From contig CBDFIJ010000004.1 in assembly GCA_965248055.1 (NCBI GenBank), positions 800,001-864,000 of the forward strand: a stretch of DNA of 64,000 bases, given 5' to 3'. The notes beneath the pieces were generated by a model, which saw nothing but the letters and a program-made list of their open reading frames with translations, was not told the DNA's origin and ran no database searches. A program made the position numbers and the translations under genes. The stretch's first letter is position 1. Each line of letters opens with the position of its first letter. The stretch comes from Candidatus Multivoradales bacterium (GTDB lineage: Bacteria > Acidobacteriota > Thermoanaerobaculia > Multivoradales > JAHEKO01). Positions 19,093 to 26,984 of this stretch are shown here, piece after piece.

Positions 19093-21477
19093 CTAAACCG
19101 TGACATCCACCTCTCCTCGGTGAAAGCGGATCGAGGTGTCGACCATCAGCGGGTCTGCGAGCAGTGCCAACATCAGAAACTTGGCGTCCACCGGCTTGGT
19201 TGATAAGGCACCTGCCGTAGCCCTTATCGTGCGGGCCATATCTCGTAGCTCCTTACTCACATCTTTCACCGAGCTACCATCCAATAGCGCCTTGCGAGCG
19301 CTCTTAAACGCCTGGATGAACAGGTATCCCTCGCGAAGGTAAACCCAAACGAAACGGTGAGCACCGGCTTCCAGCCGCACCCCCGGTGGTGCGCTAGCCC
19401 AAAAAGTCTTGAACCCATCAGGCCTGCCACGTTCCACCTGCTCGATCGCATCCCAGGTGACCAGATTGGAAAGCGAGGTGTTGGACTGGCCAACGTCCAT
19501 ATCCAAGTAACGCAATGCCAGTTTGAAGGTGCTCCACAACCTGGTGCGCAGCTCGTCTTTGGTCAACCGTTCGTCAGCCAGAAATGCCTTTCTTAACGCG
19601 TGCTGGGAGAAACCAATCCGCAAGTCGTAGGAATAGTCCCCAGGTTGATTGAGCAGCGCCTTCTCCAGAGCGTCACGGTCGACCTCAGTAAGCCTCCCAA
19701 GTGCTTCGGCACCTCCGAGGTGCAGCGGCATCATCCTGCCAATGGCCTTGTGCTTCAGGCTTGCACTCCTGGTGATCGTCGCCTTACGTCCTTCGAGTCG
19801 ATCCACCGGCGTAGCATGGCTTGAGTCCACCACGGCTCCAGCGATCTCAAACACAGCCATCGCGTTTCTAACCTGACCTTTGTAGGTCGAAAACAATTTC
19901 GCCCCGGACTCTCCAACCAACCAAGTGGTGCCAGCAACCAGATCCGACTCGACTTTAGTCTGTTTCCAACTAGTCATTTCCCGAGTGACTTTGAAGCCAA
20001 ACAGATTCAGTTCCAAGCCGAAAGAACGCTCCGCACGGGCCAGTTTCTTCAGCGTTCCGCCAATAATCTCCACCCCGGTATTGCCGTTTTTTGCGGCGGC
20101 CTTTTCCAGCGCCGGGGCGAAGTTACCGCGCACCGCCGCGAGGTAAGCATCTTGCGTGCGGTTGAGATCAAAGACCAAATCCAGCAGTGCGTCTTGCTGT
20201 TGGGTGCGGTTGATCTCCGCTGAGAACTCAGCTGTGAGACCTTCTTTGACTCGACTGGTAACAGACTCGGAAACTTGTCTGCGGATCTTGCTGTAAGCAT
20301 CGAGCCAACCATCAATCGCGTCATCGATCGCATCCAACTGACCGATGTCGGCTAAATCGGCAATTCCCTGCTCCAGCCGCTCCTGGATCCCAGTCACAGA
20401 ACCGAGGAGTGACTCCGCCTTGTCGATCAACGCACCAACTTCTTGCCCATGGGCAGGAGACAACCCACCCACCGCTTGGGAGATTGCCTGCAAGTCCGAC
20501 AGTTCCATAGCCCTAACAGCCTTTCCAGCCGCTTTGGCTAAGGCGCTTTTCGCCCCAGCCGATAACTTGCCAAGATCACTACGCAGATCAGAGAGTTCTT
20601 TTTTCACGCCTTCGATCTGAGCCACCGCACCGTCCGGTAGCCGAAGCATTTTCTGGAGGCTAGCGGTGACAAATTCTTCAGGGTTGCCGATGTCGAGTTC
20701 TGCTCTTAGATCGAGGCCAGCACTCACAAATGAGCTCTTCGCCTTGTGCAGCCGGACGCGCACCAGATTGCTCGACGGCTCTGTTTCAGTCGGTCGACTT
20801 ACAACCACCCGGAGAACCCCTCGCAGATCGGCCAGAAAGGTAACTCCCAGGGTCACACCAGCGTCAACCGTGACCGGTGCTTCTACTTGAAGGCTGTCAA
20901 ATGCCTTTCCCGATAGTTCGCGGGTCATTCCGTACTGCCAGGCACCATGGGCGCGCAGAATTGCGTTTCCATCGAACTCAAATTGCAAGATGTCAGTATC
21001 TGCCAGGGATCGCACTCGGTCCAAATCGCTCGGGAACGTCAGATCACCGACCAAGCCGACGACAGCGTTCACCCCTTTCTGAGCCTGGCTAACTTGTCGA
21101 TGATGAGCTAACCGAATTTGCACCCCTCCCGTGGCTCCAGCCGAGATCTCTCCACCCTGAATCGCCTCGCTAGCGTTGAAGCCAGCCACCGCTCCTCCCT
21201 GGATCAAGATCGTCGCGAAAGCAACACTCTTCTCGGCCGGATCACCTGAAAATTCAAGATCGAGGGGTGGCACTGCCGCCTTGGTTATGTGAGCACTCAC
21301 CTCCGCCGCTCCAGTGAGCCGCCCGACACCTAGATCGGTCAATAGCCCATCCGCACTCTTTCGCCACGACAGCTTCTTTTTCCACGCTGATTTTTGGAAA
21401 GTTCGAATCGGGGCCTGCAGTGACTGCAGCGCCTGGAGCGCTTTTTTCGATTTTGCAATAAATCCGTTCTTATCCAT
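19093..21477 (-). CDS. Large hypothetical protein (794 aa): beta-rich N-terminal part, central helical/coiled-coil region
   Basis: Long ORF with RBS ggagaa before GTG/ATG at 21480/21477; no recognised catalytic motif. Confidence 0.8.
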   Translation of the reverse strand: MDKNGFIAKSKKALQALQSLQAPIRTFQKSAWKKKLSWRKSADGLLTDLGVGRLTGAAEVSAHITKAAVPPLDLEFSGDPAEKSVAFATILIQGGAVAGFNASEAIQGGEISAGATGGVQIRLAHHRQVSQAQKGVNAVVGLVGDLTFPSDLDRVRSLADTDILQFEFDGNAILRAHGAWQYGMTRELSGKAFDSLQVEAPVTVDAGVTLGVTFLADLRGVLRVVVSRPTETEPSSNLVRVRLHKAKSSFVSAGLDLRAELDIGNPEEFVTASLQKMLRLPDGAVAQIEGVKKELSDLRSDLGKLSAGAKSALAKAAGKAVRAMELSDLQAISQAVGGLSPAHGQEVGALIDKAESLLGSVTGIQERLEQGIADLADIGQLDAIDDAIDGWLDAYSKIRRQVSESVTSRVKEGLTAEFSAEINRTQQQDALLDLVFDLNRTQDAYLAAVRGNFAPALEKAAAKNGNTGVEIIGGTLKKLARAERSFGLELNLFGFKVTREMTSWKQTKVESDLVAGTTWLVGESGAKLFSTYKGQVRNAMAVFEIAGAVVDSSHATPVDRLEGRKATITRSASLKHKAIGRMMPLHLGGAEALGRLTEVDRDALEKALLNQPGDYSYDLRIGFSQHALRKAFLADERLTKDELRTRLWSTFKLALRYLDMDVGQSNTSLSNLVTWDAIEQVERGRPDGFKTFWASAPPGVRLEAGAHRFVWVYLREGYLFIQAFKSARKALLDGSSVKDVSKELRDMARTIRATAGALSTKPVDAKFLMLALLADPLMVDTSIRFHRGEVDVTV

Positions 21478-22121
21478 CACCCTGTTCTCCGTATGATGCA
21501 GTTCATAGATTCCGCCACAAGATGACGCCGCCACCTCCACGTAGGCGACCACCGATCTCGGCGTCTCTCGCCACCGCAGTCGTGATAAAAAAACGGGTAG
21601 ATGCTCTACTCGACAATCGAGCAACGTTTTGTTCTTGACAAGCCATAGTCAATCTACCTGCTTGGGAAAGTCGAGCCCACACCAAACAAAGGCTTTTCCT
21701 TCCAATGCAGTCTTCCGGGACCAGGAAACCCATCCCCAGTAAGACCTACTGTCCAAAAGCTGGTTGATAATACCACGAGACCCGTTCGTCGCAGCTCGCG
21801 ACCTCCTTGCTCTCTTCGATGACAAGCCGATGAACCAGCGTCGATCACGCTGACGCCTACCGCCGCATCCAACAATTTCAAGGTCAGCGTCACCACACAC
21901 TGTCAGCCCCGAAAACGGCCGCCAAGGGCGGCCTGCCTCTTCGATGGGTAAACTTCGCTCAGAGTCTGCGCGGTGCCATTGGAAAATTCGTGAGCCGGGT
22001 ACGGTGCCACCATCAAACGTTCCCCAACTCAGACCCAATTCCAGGACGCGGTACTTTGGAAGAGACTTCCAAGATAGGTACTTGCGCAGCCTGCACCCGG
22101 CAAGCCGCGAATTATTGTCCA

Positions 22122-22316
22122 CTATTCCTCTTCTGTCTCAAGTCCCTCGGCGTCCTTTTCACCTTGATCCCGAAGCCCCGCTGACTCCTCAATCATTTCC
22201 ACACCACGGACGTCGAGCACATCTGCCGCAACCGCCTGTGCCAGAAGGAAACTTTCGACAGCGCGCCCAACGTCTGTTGAGAAGTAGGATGAAACAATAG
22301 TCGAAGGTGGCGGCAT
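22122..22316 (-). CDS. Possible small acidic hypothetical protein (64 aa)
   Basis: Start overlaps the upstream stop (TAATG); no other support. Confidence 0.3.
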   Translation of the reverse strand: MPPPSTIVSSYFSTDVGRAVESFLLAQAVAADVLDVRGVEMIEESAGLRDQGEKDAEGLETEEE

Positions 22317-22906
22317 TAAGAATCGGGAACCCGCTCTCCTCGCTCACGAATCTCATCCTCAAACACACCTAATGGCAGCTCGATGATGGTCTCCAAACGA
22401 TCTTGGCCTTTGAGAGCGCTCATAGTCTCAGAGTTGATAACAGAGACAGGGGTTCCTGGCAGGATCCGATGAAGACGGAAGACAGTGTCTGCCAAGTCGG
22501 AGCTCTCAAGGGCGATCCCAGGGAGTTTGATCTTGACCACGGCGGACGCCTGGCTCTCAACGTGATGCGAGGCATCATCCTCGGGTGGCCCTCCAAAACT
22601 CCTTGCCTCGAACAACCCGTAAATCGCCTCGACACTCAAGATCTGGTCGCCGCGAGATACTTCCAACAGGTGATCACCTTTCGGCGCGTCGGAAACCAAC
22701 GCTGGGCCCGCCAACTCACTGGCGCTGATCAACTCAACATTTCCGTCGTTTGTAACCTGCAACACCAACTGGAGATGGACCTCAGCCCCTCGAATCTCCA
22801 CGTCGTCGGTTCTCTCGACTACATTCGAGGTTGGTTCAACGCCACCGACGCACGCGAGGGGAATCACAAACAACAGTGAGGCAATGAGCAAGGATTGAAC
22901 TGGCAT
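22316..22906 (-). CDS. Exported (lipo)protein, M64-peptidase-associated paralog 2
   Basis: Signal with PLAC lipobox-like motif; aligns by eye with the C-terminal half of 22955-23845. Confidence 0.75.
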   Translation of the reverse strand: MPVQSLLIASLLFVIPLACVGGVEPTSNVVERTDDVEIRGAEVHLQLVLQVTNDGNVELISASELAGPALVSDAPKGDHLLEVSRGDQILSVEAIYGLFEARSFGGPPEDDASHHVESQASAVVKIKLPGIALESSDLADTVFRLHRILPGTPVSVINSETMSALKGQDRLETIIELPLGVFEDEIRERGERVPDS

Positions 22907-22954
22907 AACTGGTTGATTGACACCCCCCTATCGTGTGGAGGACACGAGACCAAT

Positions 22955-23845
22955 TCAGTGGTCGACTCGGACTCCCTTTTCGCGAACGTACCTAGCTATC
23001 TCCACGCCAGAAACTGAGGTTACCAACTCAAGACGACGCTCACTTCGAAGATTCTCCAGCGCAGACGCGCTGAAAGACTCTACCTCTGGACCCGACCTGA
23101 GTTGGTAAAGGTCAAGTTTCAGCGACCCAAGTTCACTATCTAGTGAGCGATTAGGGACACGCACGCTGACGGTCGCCTCGTCCAGTTCGATGAAGTGGTG
23201 CCCTTCGGTACTATCGGCACTTCCACCGAAACTGTGACCTTCAAACGGGTTACCTGGCAAGGCCTGTGTTCCTAGGACTGCTCCATCGTCACTCACTGCA
23301 AAGACAAAGTCACTCAAGGCCTGATCGGATTCCCCAGGAACACCGACTATCTCGGTCGCACTGAGGACCTCAGACTGGCCATCTTTCGAGATTCTAAGAA
23401 GCAATGTCAGATAAGGCTCGCCAGAGGTAGCCTCAGCGAATAGCTCTTGAGAATCGTCAAAGTCCTCTCGCGGTACCTGGTCAGCGCCTGATTCCTGCCC
23501 AGCCCCCAGTACCTGCTCAACTGGCATCTGGTCGTCGACTTCTTCTGAAGTCGACGCCGCAGCTCTCTCCATTGGTGACTCCGTCGCAGCCTCACGTTCC
23601 TGGTAGTCATCGCCCCTTACTTCGGGCTCGGAACCGCTACCTGGCATCGCTTGACCAGTGATTTCCTGCACTAATTCTTTCCCTTGACTCTTGCCATCTT
23701 TCGAGTGTTCACCTTGAGGCTTTCCGGCTCCAGAGTCCTGCGCCGATAGCAGGCCTACCGCGAGCGCTAGTAGACCTAGAGCAATCAGCGAAATAAGAGA
23801 TGCTCGGGCTCCTGTCTTCAATCTAGTTGTTGGAACAAAATTCAT
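22955..23845 (-). CDS. Exported protein, M64-peptidase-associated paralog 1 (acidic disordered N-terminus)
   Basis: RBS aaggag; signal ISLIALGLLALAVGLLSA-Q; shares L.L.....G..E..SA.E..G and F..xSFGG...HH with its neighbour. Confidence 0.75.
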   Translation of the reverse strand: MNFVPTTRLKTGARASLISLIALGLLALAVGLLSAQDSGAGKPQGEHSKDGKSQGKELVQEITGQAMPGSGSEPEVRGDDYQEREAATESPMERAAASTSEEVDDQMPVEQVLGAGQESGADQVPREDFDDSQELFAEATSGEPYLTLLLRISKDGQSEVLSATEIVGVPGESDQALSDFVFAVSDDGAVLGTQALPGNPFEGHSFGGSADSTEGHHFIELDEATVSVRVPNRSLDSELGSLKLDLYQLRSGPEVESFSASALENLRSERRLELVTSVSGVEIARYVREKGVRVDH

Positions 23846-23886
23846 TGTTAGTCTCCTTATTGAGTAGTTCATCATCATCACCGTTC

Positions 23887-26106
23887 TTACGGCATACCCA
23901 ACTGCCACGGCTTGCTGTCGTGCAAAGGACTGTAGATCCATCGGTGGTAGTGGCGATCCATACGAAAACCGCTCGCAGAGCGTCGGATCATCCCAAACCA
24001 ATACTTGTTGCGAATAAAGATGTCCGCTTTGCCAGCTCCGCCCTCATAGTTGGCAGCGAGGATCTTGTCGCCAATACCAAGGTTCCAACCACCGGCACCT
24101 GGAATTCCGGTCACCCAGTCCTTCGACCAACTCCCGCTCAGCGCGGCACCTCCAGATGTCAGCGTGCCGAGGTACTCAGTGCTCCAGTTGACCTTTGGGT
24201 TGTACACGAACAGGTCTTCTCTGCCATCTTTGTTAGCGTCTGCGACAAAGTGTCGGTCTCCTTTCTTCATGTTCCAACCTGGAATATTAGGCGCCCAACC
24301 GGTCCCAGGATCGTCGTCATACCGCTTCGCGTAGTTCAGCGCGGTGCCCGTGGAACGCGTCAACTCCAGATACGCTCGAGACCAATCCAGACCATTGAAT
24401 ACGTAGAGGTCGTCCCGGCCATCACCATTGATGTCTGCTGGAAAGTGTCGGTCATTCTTGCCCATGTTCCATCCTGAAGCCAAAGTGTTGTGGTACAGCC
24501 GCACTCGACTCAACGCTGCACCCGACGACCTGAGCATGCCAAGATACTTGTGCGTCCCCCAGTTCACCGCGTTAAACACATAAAGATCTTCTTTACCGTT
24601 ACCATCAAAGTCGGCGACGTAGTACTTGTCGGCCTTACCCATCATCCAACCGGGAAACGAATCGTCATGGCGCTTCACCCCGGTTACCGAAGTCCCACCG
24701 GACCTGAGCAACCCCATATATTCCTTGTTCCAACTAGAGCCGCTATACAAGTACAAATCGTCCTTACCGTCGCCGTCGAAGTCAGCGGGGAACAGCTGAT
24801 CCTGTCCTCCGATATAGCCGTAACCCGGCAAAGTGGTCTTGTACCTGCGGACCGTTTCAAGTCCACTGCCCGTAGACCGCCACATGCCGACCCAACGATT
24901 GATCCAACTCGTAGTGTTGAGAACGTAAACATCGTCTTTGCCATCACCGTTGAAATCCGCAACGTGCAGTTTGTCGCCCCAAGAAAGGTGCCAACTTCCG
25001 GTTCGAATCCCAGCAGCTCGTGGCACTACATTGTTTGCCGTCCAAATACGATCAAGCCGTCTGGGACCAGTACCGGTCTGATAGAGCGCCAGATCTGGAC
25101 CGTTTTGCACCAAGACATCATCGCGACCATCGCCCGTGAAGTCTCCAATCACGGCATCATCGAAATCGTGCCCCAAGTTCGCGTACAGGTCCTGGCGCAT
25201 GAGTGTTTGGCATACCGGGCCAAAGTTGGGCGTATTGCCTCTCATCCTGCAGTTGTGCACTGGACGATATATGCCGGTAGTCTTGTACTTGCAACCGGCG
25301 AATTCTCCCACCGTACGGTTAGGATCGATACTAGGAGCAAGCGTAGTCGGAACCGGCGTTGCTGGACTGATAAAACGATTCCAAAATACCGTGTTTCGAT
25401 TCAAGACGCTGGAACAATTACGATTGTTGATGACCGCACCAGTGTAGGCACCGGGCCTAGTGTATTCGTCGAACAATCCACCGATACCGTGCCCCGCTTC
25501 ATGCCCAACAACCTGCCAACTGACGCTCTTGGTTTGAACGATATCTCTCGGGCCACGATTGCAGCCGCCAAATCCGGCGTTGTTCAAGATCACGATGATG
25601 TAGTCCGCGTGCGAAAGACTGTTCGCCGCTAAAACGGCATTCTTCAGCGTATTGGTAGTGCTGCCGGTATGCTCCAGCCAGCAATGGGACCAAGCACCGT
25701 TGAAGAGATACTTGAGCGCAGTGTTCTTGGCGTTGGTGCTAACAAGGACATCGTCACTCGAATCGTTCGGCGTACCATTGAGATTCCAAGTGCGAGTCCC
25801 AACACCGGACTCTGTGGACACCAAGTTCAAGCGATAGACATTAAATGCGTTTTGCATCTCAAGAAAAAAGTCGTTGCCAAAAATACCGTTGGTGACCATG
25901 TTTGCAACTTGCGTGTTGTATGCCGATTGCTCCCCGGCCGTGTAGCCATCACCCATCACTACCACTACCTTCTTACCGGCATCAGAGCCGTTGTTGATGA
26001 TCTTGGTACAGGTTGGTGCAGTGCAGGCGCCCCATGCTTGGCTGGCCGGGAACCCGACCGCCACTAGGACAACTAGCCATACTCGCCAGAACATAAATAT
26101 CTTCAT
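23887..26106 (-). CDS. Secreted M64 (IgA-peptidase-like) metallopeptidase with FG-GAP/VCBS repeats
   Basis: Signal peptide; MGDGYT, FNVYR, GHEAGHGIGGLFDEY and GIYRPVHNCRM motifs; about six DF(N/D)GDG.DD repeats. Confidence 0.9.
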   Translation of the reverse strand: MKIFMFWRVWLVVLVAVGFPASQAWGACTAPTCTKIINNGSDAGKKVVVVMGDGYTAGEQSAYNTQVANMVTNGIFGNDFFLEMQNAFNVYRLNLVSTESGVGTRTWNLNGTPNDSSDDVLVSTNAKNTALKYLFNGAWSHCWLEHTGSTTNTLKNAVLAANSLSHADYIIVILNNAGFGGCNRGPRDIVQTKSVSWQVVGHEAGHGIGGLFDEYTRPGAYTGAVINNRNCSSVLNRNTVFWNRFISPATPVPTTLAPSIDPNRTVGEFAGCKYKTTGIYRPVHNCRMRGNTPNFGPVCQTLMRQDLYANLGHDFDDAVIGDFTGDGRDDVLVQNGPDLALYQTGTGPRRLDRIWTANNVVPRAAGIRTGSWHLSWGDKLHVADFNGDGKDDVYVLNTTSWINRWVGMWRSTGSGLETVRRYKTTLPGYGYIGGQDQLFPADFDGDGKDDLYLYSGSSWNKEYMGLLRSGGTSVTGVKRHDDSFPGWMMGKADKYYVADFDGNGKEDLYVFNAVNWGTHKYLGMLRSSGAALSRVRLYHNTLASGWNMGKNDRHFPADINGDGRDDLYVFNGLDWSRAYLELTRSTGTALNYAKRYDDDPGTGWAPNIPGWNMKKGDRHFVADANKDGREDLFVYNPKVNWSTEYLGTLTSGGAALSGSWSKDWVTGIPGAGGWNLGIGDKILAANYEGGAGKADIFIRNKYWFGMIRRSASGFRMDRHYHRWIYSPLHDSKPWQLGMP

Positions 26107-26289
26107 CAGTCTTTCCTCCTTGGGCTTGGATCTGCGCTGGTACCTTGCGGAAAAGCCAGCGAAAATCCGTGCTAATGGGTCACGCATAGTAGAGATGCGT
26201 TTCTTCGCGGAGTTGTTTAGTCATATTTCCACTGTCACATCGTTCAGGCGCAATCATCGTGATTTCTTGAACTAGATACATCCCACACT

Positions 26290-26553
26290 TCACACCCGCC
26301 TCAGCTTTGGCACTGCGTCCAATGACCTTCGATCTCTTCGATCAACGGCGACGACCGTATTCGGACCGTTGAATCGGTAGGCTCGTCCTGAAATCGGTCC
26401 ATAGGTGAGCAAGCTGGAGTCGCCGACATATCGGAAGTAGACAGACTCGATCTCCTGACGCGGTGAGTTCTCGCGATGGCGCCGTCGGGTTTGAGTGGAC
26501 CACTCACCAACCACTGCTCCACCCGTCCTTGTTCCCCGACCACAACAACTCAT
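26290..26553 (-). CDS. Small conserved-looking hypothetical protein starting MSCCG
   Basis: ATGA overlap with the DUF1360 gene and RBS aaggag; FRYVG..SL...GPISGRAYRF...VAVDRRD. Confidence 0.7.
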   Translation of the reverse strand: MSCCGRGTRTGGAVVGEWSTQTRRRHRENSPRQEIESVYFRYVGDSSLLTYGPISGRAYRFNGPNTVVAVDRRDRRSLDAVPKLRRV

Positions 26554-26879
26554 CTTTCGATCTCTCCTTCTTGGAAGTAGGCAACGGGCGCCAACGGTTC
26601 GTGGGGCTTCGTCAAGCGTTCGGCCAGGATCGCGCCGGCGGACAGAGCCAGCCACAGCATCACTCCGCGTTGTAATTTGGCTTCAAGTAGCCAAGCGACC
26701 GGTGCCGCGAGCCAAAGGCTGAGGCAGTAGAAACAGTCAACTAGACCAGCTAGGCCGATGCGAGACAACAGTTTGCGCAAACGTACCAGGATCTTCCACG
26801 GTCCATCTTCCGCATTGAGCAAATGGGTAACACGCCAAACGACCAGCGATCCCAAGATCAACAGATAGATATCTCTCAT
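26550..26879 (-). CDS. DUF1360-like membrane protein
   Basis: VWRVTHLLNAEDGP and GLVDCFYCLSLW (CxxC) motifs; 2-3 hydrophobic segments. Confidence 0.8.
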   Translation of the reverse strand: MRDIYLLILGSLVVWRVTHLLNAEDGPWKILVRLRKLLSRIGLAGLVDCFYCLSLWLAAPVAWLLEAKLQRGVMLWLALSAGAILAERLTKPHEPLAPVAYFQEGEIER

Positions 26880-26984
26880 CGGCCTGTCATGGGTTTGTCA
26901 CTCTTGGCCTTCTTGTGTCTACGCCGGAGGCAACCTGCGAAGAATGGGGCGTTCGCGCCATCGCGGACACCCCATCGAATTCGT

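Noticed and set aside
21649-22122. 157-aa minus-strand ORF between the M64 module and the 794-aa gene
   Set aside because: Arg/Trp/Gly-rich and unlike real proteins here; no motif; probably non-coding or decayed.
24490-25632. Long antisense ORFs (also 9848-10660, 60598-61320, 40519-41331 and others)
   Set aside because: Shadow frames of well-supported genes, expected in high-GC DNA.
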